Assembly: GCA_016195265.1 (NCBI GenBank)
Contig: JACPZW010000074.1
Location: 29,651 to 93,650 of the forward strand
Direction of reading: 5' to 3'
Source: Acidobacteriota bacterium
Lineage (GTDB): Bacteria > Acidobacteriota > Vicinamibacteria > Vicinamibacterales > CAVVIG01
DNA length: 64,000 nt
Positions 17,887 to 27,874 of the stretch are shown here, piece after piece. A program made the position numbers and the translations under genes. Below the pieces are notes generated by a model. The model was not told the DNA's origin and did not search any database. It worked only from the letters and a program-made list of their open reading frames with translations. The stretch's first letter is position 1, and each line of letters begins with the position of its first letter.

Positions 17887-18456
17887 CTAACTCATCGGCG
17901 CGGGGCGACGCGTGGTGATCTGAATCGGGCGGCACACCTCGCGGTTGATCGCCGCGTGATAACAGAGATCGTTCGCCTCGCTGCTGCGGAAGAAGTGCGC
18001 CATCAGGTCGGCCACGACGTGCTGGCCCAGCGGCCGGGGTGGCAGGTTGCGCACGCCGGCCTTGACGAACGCGGCGTCGAGCAGCGCGCGTCGCGCTTCA
18101 GGATCGAGCGCGCTCCAGCGGCCGCCGCGCGCGCGGGCGTCGGCCTCGAGCGACGACAACTGCGCGAGGTACACCGGCACGGGCGACGCGCCCGACTTCT
18201 GCAGCCGCGGATGGCCGTACCCGTGCGCGAGCGCGACGCCCTCGCGATAGCCGCGCGTCCAGACGACGAATTTCTCGACGGCCGTGCGCAGTTGCGCGGC
18301 GGCGATCGACGCCGGCAGCACCGTGGGTGCGATCTCGTGCAGGAACGCGACGGCCTCCGGCGTCAGCTCACGCGGCTGCGCGAAGACGCGCAGGCGGGCG
18401 AACGGCAGGACGGCGGGCAACGCGGCGATCCACTGAATGAGCGTGCGGCGTTTCAT
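17887..18456 (-). CDS. Tat-signal small subunit (gluconate 2-dehydrogenase subunit 3-like) partner of the GMC oxidoreductase
   Basis: MKRRTLIQWIAALPAVLPFARL (twin-arginine type). About 189 aa, immediately upstream of the GMC gene. Confidence 0.7.
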   Translation of the reverse strand: MKRRTLIQWIAALPAVLPFARLRVFAQPRELTPEAVAFLHEIAPTVLPASIAAAQLRTAVEKFVVWTRGYREGVALAHGYGHPRLQKSGASPVPVYLAQLSSLEADARARGGRWSALDPEARRALLDAAFVKAGVRNLPPRPLGQHVVADLMAHFFRSSEANDLCYHAAINREVCRPIQITTRRPAPMS

Positions 18457-18499
18457 GCAAGCCTCCGAACTGGAGGAATCGTAGCAGCCATGGGGCCGG

Positions 18500-19522
18500 A
18501 TGCTATACTTTTTAATTGTGGCTGTGCTCACCACACTCGGCCGTCAGGCGCGCTCGGTGCGCGAGTTCGTGCGCGGGCTCGCGCACACGGCCCACCCGCT
18601 GCTCGTGCAGATCATCCCGATCCGCCGCTGCAACATCGACTGCGGCTACTGCAACGAGTACGACAAGGTCTCCGCTCCGGTGCCGGCCGACGTCATGCTG
18701 CGCCGGATCGACAAGCTCGCCGAGCTGGGCACGTCCGTCGTCGCCTTCAGCGGCGGCGAGCCGATGCTGCACCCGGATCTCGACGCGCTCATCCGCCGCA
18801 TCCGCGGACGCGGCATGATGGCTGGCCTGATCACGAACGGTTACTACCTGGTGCCGAAGCGCATCGAGCAGCTGAACGAGGCGGGACTGGACTTCCTGCA
18901 GATCAGCATCGACAACGTCGAGCCGGACGAGGTCTCGAAGAAGAGCCTCCGGCTGCTCGACAAGAAGCTCGAGCACCTGCGCGACCACGCCGCCTTCGAC
19001 ATCAACATCAACTCGGTGCTCGGCGGCGGGATCAAGAACCCCGAGGACGCGCGGACGATCAACAACCGCGCCCGCGCGCTCGGATTCTCCACGTCGATCG
19101 GGATCATCCACGACGGATCGGGCCGGCTGAAGCCGCTCGGTCCCGTCGAACGCAAGGTGTACGACGAGGTCTCGGCCGCCATCAACGGGCCGTGGCAGGT
19201 CTTCAAGAATCTCTATTCAGGGATCACGAGCTTCCAGGACAACCTTGCCGACGGCAAGCCGAACGAGTGGCGCTGCAGGGCGGGCGGCCGCTACCTGTAC
19301 ATCTGCGAGGAAGGCCTCGTGCACTACTGCTCGCAGCAGCGCGGCTTCCCCGGCGTGCCGCTCGACACGTACACCGTGGACGACATCCGACGGGCGTTCA
19401 ACACGCCCAAGTCGTGCGCGCCGTACTGCACCGTCGGCTGCGTCCACCGCGTGTCGACGATGGACTTCTGGCGCAGTCCTCAGGATGCGGTGGCCGGCGC
19501 CCAGTCAGTCGTTAGTCGCTAA
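18500..19522 (+). CDS. radical SAM protein with C-terminal Cys-rich region
   Basis: CNIDCGYC (CX3CX2C), GGEPML, and C-terminal CRAGG...YC...CAPYCTVGC. The exact start is uncertain. Confidence 0.85.
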   Translation: MLYFLIVAVLTTLGRQARSVREFVRGLAHTAHPLLVQIIPIRRCNIDCGYCNEYDKVSAPVPADVMLRRIDKLAELGTSVVAFSGGEPMLHPDLDALIRRIRGRGMMAGLITNGYYLVPKRIEQLNEAGLDFLQISIDNVEPDEVSKKSLRLLDKKLEHLRDHAAFDININSVLGGGIKNPEDARTINNRARALGFSTSIGIIHDGSGRLKPLGPVERKVYDEVSAAINGPWQVFKNLYSGITSFQDNLADGKPNEWRCRAGGRYLYICEEGLVHYCSQQRGFPGVPLDTYTVDDIRRAFNTPKSCAPYCTVGCVHRVSTMDFWRSPQDAVAGAQSVVSR

Positions 19523-19539
19523 GTCCCGGGCTGGAACTC

Positions 19540-19582
19540 CCAGCCCTCAGCCCTCAGCTCAGCCTTCAGCCCTCAGCCCTCC
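19540..19582. repeat. 7-nt-period tract (CAGCCCT family)
   Basis: cccagccctcagccctcagctcagccttcagccctcagccctcc, between convergent genes. Confidence 0.85.
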
Positions 19583-19585
19583 AAT

Positions 19586-21961
19586 CTAGCGTCCTGAGAA
19601 CCTCACCCTCACACCGGCATTCACCAGCCGCGGTGTGCCGATCGTCGAGGGGTTGGTCTGCACGAAGTACACCGTGTCCAGCAGGTTCTGCACGCCGAAG
19701 AACGCCTGAATGTTCCGGCCGAGCTGGCGCGATGCACTCAGATCGACGACCGTGTAGCCCGGCAGGCCCGCCGGATAGTTTGCGGCGTATCCGGCGTCGG
19801 CCAGCGTGGCGACGGGGATGAAGTTGACGTTCAGATCGTCGTTGTACGTCAGGCCGACGAACTGCATGCCCAGCGTGACAGTCGCGTACTTCGGGTTCGA
19901 ATAGGCCGCCTGCAGCGTGCCCCGGTTCTTCGATACCTGCTGCAACTGCTTCCCCAGCAGCGCCGCGGTCGCCGTGCCGCCGTCGGTGACTGTCGCATCG
20001 TCGTAGACGTATCCAGCGGAGAAGCGCCACGACGAGCCGACGCGGTAGTCGACGTCGGTCTGCACGCCGCGGACCTGCGTTTCGGGCACGTTCTGCTTCT
20101 GCGCCAAGGTCGAGGACAGCGTGACGTTCAACACCGGATTGGTGATGCGATTCTCGAACCACGTGACGCGCACCGACACGTTCTTCGCCGGTGCGATGTT
20201 GACGCCCACCTCTCCGCCGATCAGGCGCTCCGGGGCGAGCAGTTCGTTCGGACGCGTGGTGACCGCTCCGACCGAGAACTGGCGATACAGTTCCGTCAGC
20301 GTCGGCGCGCGGAATCCGGAATTGGCGGCGCCCCACACGCTGACGCGATCCGACGCGTGATAGAGCGCCCCGACGTGCGGGCTGACGACCGTGTCGTTCC
20401 CGTCGGGAATCGAGGCGCGATTGTTGGCCGTCGGCAGACCCGTCGCCAGCGTGGTCTCGAGATTGTGCCCGTTGTAGTTGTTCCAGCGGTCGACGCGCGC
20501 GCTCAGCGTGAGCACCAGCCTGTCGATCGGCGTGAAGATGTCCTGTACGAACGCGCCGAGGCTCTGCTGCGTGCCGCCTGAAAACCGTTGCACGGACAGT
20601 GTGGCCGCCTGCGTCACGCCCGTGATCGCCGTCGGCAGCGCGGCGACATAAGCCGCCTCCTGGCTCTCGCCGTCCACCCACCGCCAGTCGAACCCCGCAC
20701 TGAAGGCATGGGATCTGCCGAGGGCCCTGGACCACTGGGCCATGCCGCCGACGCCGTTGGTGGGCACGTTCTGGTCCGTCGCGAGACGGACGACGTTGCG
20801 AGTGGTGGCCGAGTTGGTGACCGCGAGAAAGTTGAAGTGCGCCCGTTGCGCGTCGACGAAGACACGCGCCTGCAAATCGCTGTCGTCCTGTAACCGCGCA
20901 CGAATGCCGCCGTTCAGCGTGGTCCACCGCGTATCGTTCAATTCGCCCACCTTGGCGTTGTTCCGGTTCTCGGAGAAATAGCCGGCGCGGGCAAAACCGA
21001 GAACTCGATCGGACGGCGTGAACTCGAGCTTCGCCGTGAAGTTCTTGTATTCGACATTGCCGTTGTTGTCGATCGGACCGCGCTCGATCGGCGCCACGAT
21101 CGGGAACCCGTCGGTGTGGAGGAAACTCCCCTCGACAGCCGCCGAGACCGTGTTCCATTGGTCGCTGCCGAAGAAGTCGAACTTCGGACTGTTGTGGTCG
21201 CCGTACTGCGGATTGAGCTCGATGGTGCGGCGGATGGGATGGCTGGTGATGATGTTGATGACGCCGCCCATGGCGATGTTCCCGTACAGGCTCGACGACG
21301 AGTCTTCGGTAATCTCGACGCGATCGACGCTCGCCAGCGGCACGCGGGTCCAGTACACCCAGCCGCCGAACGGATCGTTGAAGGGGATGCCGTCGAGCAG
21401 GACGAGCGTGCGGCTCTGGCCGCTGGGTCCAATGCCGCGCAAGGACACGCCCTGCGCCGTCGGCTGCGCAACGAGACTGCTCGTGCGCCGGAAGAGGCTG
21501 AACGACGGCACCTGGCGCAGCACGTCGTCGGCGATCAGCGCGGGCGACGCCTGGACCGCCTCGTTGGTGATGACGTTGACGCTCGCGGGCACATCGCCAA
21601 GGCGCTGCTCGCTGCGCGTCGGGGTCACAGTGACGACTTCGAGCAGCGTCGCGGGCTCGACGGTGATGTCGAGCGCGCCGCCCGAGGCCGACGCCTTCTG
21701 CGTCTTCTCGGCGAAACCGCCCGCGCGGACCACGACCGTCACGTCGCCCGCCTCGGGTGTTTCAACGGCGAAGCGGCCGTCGGGACCGGTGACGGTCCGG
21801 AGTTCCGGCCCGCTCGCGGGCCGGACGATGACCGCCGCGTCGGCGACCACGGCGCCCGTGGTGTCGCGGACGACGCCGGAGATGGATGAAACCGCCAAAA
21901 ACAAGATGAGTGCCGCAATCACTGGTGTCCTCCTACCGATCGGTGTCCCGCGGAATCGCAA
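19586..21961 (-). CDS. TonB-dependent receptor with N-terminal CarboxypepD_reg domain
   Basis: Signal peptide and plug motifs (GVSLRGIGPSGQSRTLVLLDGIPFNDPFGGWVYW, SSSLYGNIAMGGVINI), followed by a long barrel. Confidence 0.9.
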   Translation of the reverse strand: MRFRGTPIGRRTPVIAALILFLAVSSISGVVRDTTGAVVADAAVIVRPASGPELRTVTGPDGRFAVETPEAGDVTVVVRAGGFAEKTQKASASGGALDITVEPATLLEVVTVTPTRSEQRLGDVPASVNVITNEAVQASPALIADDVLRQVPSFSLFRRTSSLVAQPTAQGVSLRGIGPSGQSRTLVLLDGIPFNDPFGGWVYWTRVPLASVDRVEITEDSSSSLYGNIAMGGVINIITSHPIRRTIELNPQYGDHNSPKFDFFGSDQWNTVSAAVEGSFLHTDGFPIVAPIERGPIDNNGNVEYKNFTAKLEFTPSDRVLGFARAGYFSENRNNAKVGELNDTRWTTLNGGIRARLQDDSDLQARVFVDAQRAHFNFLAVTNSATTRNVVRLATDQNVPTNGVGGMAQWSRALGRSHAFSAGFDWRWVDGESQEAAYVAALPTAITGVTQAATLSVQRFSGGTQQSLGAFVQDIFTPIDRLVLTLSARVDRWNNYNGHNLETTLATGLPTANNRASIPDGNDTVVSPHVGALYHASDRVSVWGAANSGFRAPTLTELYRQFSVGAVTTRPNELLAPERLIGGEVGVNIAPAKNVSVRVTWFENRITNPVLNVTLSSTLAQKQNVPETQVRGVQTDVDYRVGSSWRFSAGYVYDDATVTDGGTATAALLGKQLQQVSKNRGTLQAAYSNPKYATVTLGMQFVGLTYNDDLNVNFIPVATLADAGYAANYPAGLPGYTVVDLSASRQLGRNIQAFFGVQNLLDTVYFVQTNPSTIGTPRLVNAGVRVRFSGR

Positions 21962-23885
21962 ACGCCACGAGCGAAGCGTCTTCGCCTCCGCCCGTCGCGA
22001 TGACTATGAACTGCCGGCCGCCGGAACGATACGTCATCGGCGTGCCGTGTGTACGGCGGAGGTTCGCGTGCCACCGCTCCGCACCCGTGGCCGCATCGAC
22101 CGCGTGCAGCGCGAGGTCGCCGCCGCCCGCGAACACCAGTCCGCCCGCCGTCGCTAGCACGCCCGGCGCGCCGGCCACGCCAAGTGACGCGGGGAGCGCG
22201 ACGCCCGCCAGCGCCGGATGCCGCCGCAGCGACGGCGTGTCGCCGAACGGCACGCGCCACTTGATCGCGCCGCGATTCAGATCGACCGCCACCAGATGAC
22301 CGAACGGAGGCTTGAGCAGCGGCAGGCCGTCCATGAACGTGGCGCTGGTGTCGCCGACCCGCGTGAGATCGGCGTCCACCTCGGACGCGCGCGGATTGGC
22401 GCTGCTGCGATCGGGCGCGCCGACGCGAGCGATGTTCGCTTCGTTGGTCGTCTTGAAGAACAGGACGCCGCTTTGCGCGTCGAACGCCGCGCCGCCCCAG
22501 TTGGCGCCGCCGATCAATCCCGGCCGCTGCACCGTGCCTTTCGCGCTCGGCGGCGTGAAGACGGGGCCAATGCGGTACTTCTGCAGTTCCTTCTGCGCCG
22601 CCGCTTTCAGCTCCGGCGTCGCGTCGAACGCGTCATCGAGCGTGACGCCCTGCTCGGTGAACGCCGGCGGCTTCGTGGGAAACGGTTGCGTCGGCCACGC
22701 GTGCTCGCCGTCGACGTCGCTCGGCGGAACCGGACGTTCTTCAATCGGCCAGACGGGTGCGCCCGTCACCCGATCGAAAACGAACGCGAATCCCTGCTTC
22801 GTCAGCTGCACGACGGCGTCGATCGTGCGGCCGTCGACGTGAATCGTCACGAGACTTGGCGGCGAGGGGTTGTCGTAGTCCCACAGCCCGTGATGCACGA
22901 GCTGGTAGTGCCACTTGCGCTTCCCGGTGTTCGCGTCGAGGCAGACGATCGACTCGCCGAACAGACCGGAGCCGGGACGGCGGCCGCCGTAGAAATCGTT
23001 GCTCGGTGTCGTCACGGGAAGATAGACGAGCCCGCGCGCCTCGTCGAGCGTCATCGGCGCCCAGACATTGGTGTGACCCGTGTACGCCCACGAGTCGTTC
23101 TGCCACGTGTCGTTGCCGAACTCGCCCGGCTGCGGAATGGTGTGGAACGTCCAGACCTGTTTGCCGGTGCGCGCGCTGAACGCTCGTACGTCGCCCGGCG
23201 GATCATTCTTATACGCGAGCCGATCGCCGACGCCGTTGCCGAGGATCACCAGGTCCTTATAGACGACCGGAGGCGACGTGTTCGTGTAGTGCCGCTTGTT
23301 GATCTCCCAGACCAGGCCCTGGCTCAAGTCGGTCACACCGCGCGTGCCGAAGCTGTCGACGGGACGACCGGTCGCCGCATCGAGGCAAATCAGGCGATAG
23401 CGGCTGTTAATGAAGATGCGCAGCGCGCCGCCGGCCGCACTGTCGTACCACGCGGCGACACCGCGATGCACGAAGCCCGAGCCGTTGGGCGGCTGGCCGT
23501 CTTCGTACGCCCTGGGATCGAACGACCAGCGTTCGGCGCCGGTGTCGGCGTTCAGCGCGACGACACGGTTGTACGGCGTGCTGAAGTACAGCACGTTGTC
23601 GATCATCAGCGGCGTCGTCTGAAACTCTCCAGGCCGCGTGCCGAACTCGGCCAACACGTTCTCACGCGCCGCCCACTCCCACGCGACCGTCAGGCGCGCC
23701 ACATTCGACGCGTTGACGTCGGTCAGCGGCGAGTACTTCGTGCCCGCCTGATCGCCGCCGTAGTAGGGCCAGTCGCGCGCCGCGGGACGGTCACGTTGAC
23801 CGCCGGCGGCGAGGGCGATTGCGAAGATCAGCGCGCCGAACACCGGTTTCAGCATCGAGAACATCGCAGGATTATAATGCGCCAC
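21933..23885 (-). CDS. PQQ-dependent dehydrogenase (glucose/quinate/shikimate family), secreted
   Basis: WPYYGGDQAGTKYSPL and HHGLWDYD, with propeller repeats. The true start is probably at MFSMLKP. Confidence 0.85.
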   Translation of the reverse strand: MAHYNPAMFSMLKPVFGALIFAIALAAGGQRDRPAARDWPYYGGDQAGTKYSPLTDVNASNVARLTVAWEWAARENVLAEFGTRPGEFQTTPLMIDNVLYFSTPYNRVVALNADTGAERWSFDPRAYEDGQPPNGSGFVHRGVAAWYDSAAGGALRIFINSRYRLICLDAATGRPVDSFGTRGVTDLSQGLVWEINKRHYTNTSPPVVYKDLVILGNGVGDRLAYKNDPPGDVRAFSARTGKQVWTFHTIPQPGEFGNDTWQNDSWAYTGHTNVWAPMTLDEARGLVYLPVTTPSNDFYGGRRPGSGLFGESIVCLDANTGKRKWHYQLVHHGLWDYDNPSPPSLVTIHVDGRTIDAVVQLTKQGFAFVFDRVTGAPVWPIEERPVPPSDVDGEHAWPTQPFPTKPPAFTEQGVTLDDAFDATPELKAAAQKELQKYRIGPVFTPPSAKGTVQRPGLIGGANWGGAAFDAQSGVLFFKTTNEANIARVGAPDRSSANPRASEVDADLTRVGDTSATFMDGLPLLKPPFGHLVAVDLNRGAIKWRVPFGDTPSLRRHPALAGVALPASLGVAGAPGVLATAGGLVFAGGGDLALHAVDAATGAERWHANLRRTHGTPMTYRSGGRQFIVIATGGGEDASLVAFAIPRDTDR

Positions 23886-23907
23886 GCGTCAATTTCACGG
23901 GGGCCTC

Positions 23908-25140
23908 ATGCGATCCAAGAGTGCGTTGTTCGCCGTCGTGCTGCTCGCGCCGTTCGCGCTCGCTGTCACACTTCTGGCACAAACGTCGACGATCCGGATT
24001 CGCGCGGCCGCCGTGGCCGACGGCACGGGCAAGGTGACGCGGAACGCGACGGTGGTCGTGCAGGGATCCAAAATCACGGCGATCGAGGCGAACGCCACGG
24101 GCGCCGCCGGCGCCGCGACCTACAACCTCGGACAACTGACGATTATGCCCGGCATGATCGACGTCCACGCGCACGTCGGCTGGCACTTCGACAAGGACGG
24201 CCGCTACGCCGCGCGGCCGGGCACACCGGCGCAGGAGATGCTGTACAGCGCCGAGAACGCGTTCGTGACGCTGATGGCCGGCTTCACGACGGTCCAGAGC
24301 CCGGGCCAGGCGAACGACGTCGAGCTGCGCGAGGCGATCGCGCGCGGCATCCTGCCGGGCCCGCGCATTCTCACCTCCATCCGCCAGATCAACGAGCGCA
24401 GCGGGACGCCCGACGAGATCCGGCAGAAGGTCCGCCAGCTGAAGACGGACGGCGCGGACGTCGTCAAGATCTTCGCGTCGGCGAGCATCCGCGACGGCGG
24501 GACGCAGACGATGACCGACGCGCAGCTGCAGGCGGTCTGCGGCGAGGCCAACGCGCAGGGGATGCGCACGATGGTCCACGCGCACAGCCCCGAGTCAATC
24601 AAGGCCTCGCTGAACGCGGGCTGCCAGCAGATCGAGCACGGCGTCTTCGCCAACGACGAAGTGCTGAAGCTCATGGCCGACAAGGGTGTCTACTTCGACC
24701 CGAACGTCGGGGTCGTCCTGCAGAACTACCTGAGCAACAAGGTGAAGTACCTCGGTATCGGCAACTACAACGAGGAAGGCTTCGCGTACATGGAGAAGGG
24801 GCTGAAGATCAACGCAGAGATGATGAAGAAGGCGGTCGCGACGCCGAAGCTGATGATGGTGCTCGGGACGGATGCCGTCGCCGGCGCGCACGGCCACAAC
24901 GCCGACGAGCTCGTCGAGCGCGTGCGCCAGGGCGGCCAGAAGCCAATGGACGCGATCATCTCGGCGACGTCGCTGGCCGCGAAGTCACTGCGGCTGGACA
25001 AGACGATCGGCACGCTCGCGCCAGGCTACGAGGCGGATCTGATTGCCGTGGACGGCGATCCGACGACGGACATCACCGCCGTGACGCGCGTCGCGTTCGT
25101 GATGAAGGGCGGGAAGGTCTATAAGAACGTGAGTAAGTGA
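23908..25140 (+). CDS. amidohydrolase family protein, secreted
   Basis: Signal peptide, MPGMIDVHAHVG metal-binding motif and a C-terminal DLIAVDGDP motif. Confidence 0.85.
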   Translation: MRSKSALFAVVLLAPFALAVTLLAQTSTIRIRAAAVADGTGKVTRNATVVVQGSKITAIEANATGAAGAATYNLGQLTIMPGMIDVHAHVGWHFDKDGRYAARPGTPAQEMLYSAENAFVTLMAGFTTVQSPGQANDVELREAIARGILPGPRILTSIRQINERSGTPDEIRQKVRQLKTDGADVVKIFASASIRDGGTQTMTDAQLQAVCGEANAQGMRTMVHAHSPESIKASLNAGCQQIEHGVFANDEVLKLMADKGVYFDPNVGVVLQNYLSNKVKYLGIGNYNEEGFAYMEKGLKINAEMMKKAVATPKLMMVLGTDAVAGAHGHNADELVERVRQGGQKPMDAIISATSLAAKSLRLDKTIGTLAPGYEADLIAVDGDPTTDITAVTRVAFVMKGGKVYKNVSK

Positions 25141-25143
25141 CTC

Positions 25144-25401
25144 TTAGTGCTTGTGGCGCTCCCGGCGGGCCATCACTTCGGTGACGCCCACCTCGAGCGC
25201 GTGGACGAGCGCGATCTCCTGCTTCTCGAGCGGAATCGTCTGCAGGTACGACACGATCGACGCGCGCTCGATGAACAGCTGGTGGATCGTCATCGTGTTG
25301 CCCAGCAGTTCCACGGCGCGACCGGCCGTGGCCTGGACGGGCGTCACGTCGTGAGGCAACGTTTCCCGAGGCATCGGCTCCTGAAGCGGCGTGTCGGCCA
25401 C
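25144..25401 (-). CDS. hypothetical 85-aa protein
   Basis: High GC3 and a balanced composition, unlike the Arg-rich shadow ORF on the opposite strand. No family recognised. Confidence 0.5.
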   Translation of the reverse strand: MADTPLQEPMPRETLPHDVTPVQATAGRAVELLGNTMTIHQLFIERASIVSYLQTIPLEKQEIALVHALEVGVTEVMARRERHKH

Positions 25402-25537
25402 GGCAGTACCCTCCCTGAGCGCCGGCTCGTCTCCCCCGGCGGCGCGATACCGACGGCTATCGCAAGCCCGGTGCCAGAGGTTCGGCCCGCAATCCCGGGC
25501 ATTCGTGGTCCGCGTGTCACAAAACGGCCCACGACGA

Positions 25538-26479
25538 TCACGATATTCGCCGCAGTCGCGCCACGAGGGCGTTCATATCCTGCGGGAGCGGCACCTCGAA
25601 CTGCATCGCGCGGCCGTCGACCGGGTGGCGGAACGTCAGCCGGTGCGCGTGCAGCGCTTGTCGAGGAAACGCGATCGTGCGCAGCGAGTCCGGGCCGTAG
25701 GTGTAGCGCTGCTCGCCGACCAGCGTGTGGCCGCGCAGCCGCGCCTGCAGGCGGATCTGATTCCGGCGACCGGTGAGCAGCTCCACTTCGATCAGCGAGG
25801 CGCCGGCGAATTTTTCGATCACGCGATAGTGACAGACGGCGTCCTTGCCTTTCGGATCGCGCGGATGGGTTTCTTTCTGAATGAGCGCCCGCTCGTCCCA
25901 GACCATGTAGTCGCGCCATGTGCCCGACGCCGGCGTCGGATGCCCGTAGACGACCGCCAGGTACACCCGCTCGGGCTCGTGACGCTTGAACTGCTCCTTG
26001 AGCGCCTTCTGCGTCTTCGCCGTTTTCGAGAACAGCACGAGGCCCGACGTATCGCGATCGATGCGATGGACGACGAAGGGCCGGCGCCGGCCGCGGCGGC
26101 TGAGGTAGGCCTCGAGATCCTCGAACACCGATCGCGCGTCACGCCTGCGCGTCGGCGGCAGCGGCACCGCCAGCACGCCCGCCGGCTTGTTCAGCACGAG
26201 AATCGTGTCGTCTTCGTACACGATGGGCAGATCGCGCTCCTCGCCGATCGCCGATCGGCGCTTCGAACTGCCCGGCCGGTCCATCCACACGCGGACGACG
26301 TCGCCCGCGGCGAGACGGACGCCCGCGTCGGCGATCGTCACCTCGCGTTCGTTGAGGAACACCTTGCGGCGATCGAGCGCGGTGACGGCCTTGCCGCGCG
26401 AGCCGAGGCGCGCCGCGCCGGCGAGAAACTTGTCGAGCCGGAGATCGGCAGCATCGGGATCGATAGTCCATTGCGGCAT
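25538..26479 (-). CDS. RluA-family 23S rRNA pseudouridine synthase (RluD-like) with S4 domain
   Basis: RLDKFLA (S4 domain) and HRIDRDTSGLVLF (catalytic Asp motif). Confidence 0.9.
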   Translation of the reverse strand: MPQWTIDPDAADLRLDKFLAGAARLGSRGKAVTALDRRKVFLNEREVTIADAGVRLAAGDVVRVWMDRPGSSKRRSAIGEERDLPIVYEDDTILVLNKPAGVLAVPLPPTRRRDARSVFEDLEAYLSRRGRRRPFVVHRIDRDTSGLVLFSKTAKTQKALKEQFKRHEPERVYLAVVYGHPTPASGTWRDYMVWDERALIQKETHPRDPKGKDAVCHYRVIEKFAGASLIEVELLTGRRNQIRLQARLRGHTLVGEQRYTYGPDSLRTIAFPRQALHAHRLTFRHPVDGRAMQFEVPLPQDMNALVARLRRIS

Positions 26480-26522
26480 GTGGCACAGTCAGCTGTTTCT
26501 AATCTGCTGAAGAAGAGGCTCT

Positions 26523-26607
26523 ACCACGGAGGACACGGAGACAAACGGAGGTCACTGTCAATAGCCGATACCTCGCGATCTCCGCTCAACACCGTGAACT
26601 CCGTGGT
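26523..26607. repeat. 85-bp member of the ACCACGGAGGAC palindromic repeat family
   Basis: ACCACGGAGGACACGGAGA ... AACTCCGTGGT, with the same 'ctct' left flank as the 17.85 kb copy. Confidence 0.75.
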
Positions 26608-26672
26608 TGCATGTCCGTGTCCGCCAGCTCGTGCGCGCGAATCGCTCACCCACAAGACTAGAATTGTTGATC

Positions 26673-27311
26673 ATGCCTTCGTCTGCCGTCTCTCTCACAT
26701 GCGCAGCGGTCGCGCTGTGCGCGTGGATGACCGTTTCGGCCTGTTCGAAGACGCCGGAACCGCCGCCTGTCGCCGCTGCGCCACCGGCCTCAACGCGCGT
26801 GGGACGCGTTGAGGGCAAAGGGCCCGTGCCGGCGCCGGGCGCCTCGGTCGTCGTCGCGCTGGAGCCGAAGACCCCGCGGACGTTTCCTGTCCAGGACGAA
26901 GCGCCGGTGATGGATCAGGTGGGCCAGACGTTCTCGCCGGCACTGCTCATCGTGCGCACCGGGCAGCCGGTGAAGTTCCGCAACAGCGACGACACGCTGC
27001 ACAACGTCAACGTGAAGGAAGAGGGCACGCGCGTCCAGTCGTTCAACGTGGCGATCCCCACCGACGGCGTGTACGAGTTCACGTTCCCGCACGACGGCTT
27101 CTACCGCGTCGGCTGCGACATCCATCCGGCGATGGCCGCGTCGCTCTTCGCCGCGTCGACGCCGTACGTGACGCTCGCCGACGGCGACGGCGGATTCTCG
27201 TTCACCGATGTGCCGCCCGGCGCGTGGACGATCACGATCTACTCCGCGGGGCGGCAACTGCAGCGCGACGTCGAGGTGACGAAGGGCGTGTCGACCGTGA
27301 CTGTTGAATAA
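26673..27311 (+). CDS. cupredoxin-like (type-1 copper site) lipoprotein with C-terminal CarboxypepD_reg-like domain
   Basis: Lipobox (VSAC), candidate copper ligands HNV...GCDIHPAM, then a GDGGFSFTDVPPGAWTITIY beta-sandwich. Confidence 0.7.
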   Translation: MPSSAVSLTCAAVALCAWMTVSACSKTPEPPPVAAAPPASTRVGRVEGKGPVPAPGASVVVALEPKTPRTFPVQDEAPVMDQVGQTFSPALLIVRTGQPVKFRNSDDTLHNVNVKEEGTRVQSFNVAIPTDGVYEFTFPHDGFYRVGCDIHPAMAASLFAASTPYVTLADGDGGFSFTDVPPGAWTITIYSAGRQLQRDVEVTKGVSTVTVE

Positions 27312-27351
27312 CGCGCTGCTGCGCGCGAGTACCGCCGCCGCACGATTCGTC

Positions 27352-27759
27352 CTACCGCGGCCGCTTCATCAGCAGCGTCGTCCCATCCGGCGTCGTCCAG
27401 GCGATGCCGGTCGTCTCCCAGCCGGCCGCGCCCTGCTGATCGACGACGGGCGCGGGCTTGGCGTTGGTCGGAATCGTGAGCGTCATGTACTCCCACGCCT
27501 GGCGCGCCAGATGGACCTTCACGACGTCGGGCACACGCGGCTCGCCGCCCTGCACAATCTGCACGCGCAGGGGCGCGTCGAGCGTGGCGTCCCGCAGGTT
27601 GACGGGGACCGCTTCGGTGCGGCCGCTGTTCATCACCCAAACGCGCGCCTGCGTCATCTGTCCGGGCTGGCCCTGATCGGGCGCAGCAAGCATCGCCGAA
27701 CCGCCGACGACGAGCGCACCGGCTGCGAGCGCGGACACGACGATCGATCGCATAGTCAC
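27352..27759 (-). CDS. secreted hypothetical protein
   Basis: Signal peptide MTMRSIVVSALAAGALVVGGSAMLAAP and high GC3. Confidence 0.6.
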   Translation of the reverse strand: MTMRSIVVSALAAGALVVGGSAMLAAPDQGQPGQMTQARVWVMNSGRTEAVPVNLRDATLDAPLRVQIVQGGEPRVPDVVKVHLARQAWEYMTLTIPTNAKPAPVVDQQGAAGWETTGIAWTTPDGTTLLMKRPR

Positions 27760-27874
27760 CTCGCACTGTGGGGCCGACTTTGGCCTTGACGTAGGGGCCG
27801 ACCTTGGTTGGCCCGGTCTGCGATTAGGACATCTCAGCGCGGGGTGTTGTCTTACTTCTGAGGCACCCGCGCCT

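Noticed and set aside
22218-25124. 968-aa plus-strand ORF, the longest in the track
   Set aside because: It runs antisense to the PQQ glucose-dehydrogenase-family gene and then out of frame across the amidohydrolase gene. Its composition is extreme Arg/Ala/Gly/Asp with no recognisable motifs, which is typical of a high-GC shadow ORF.
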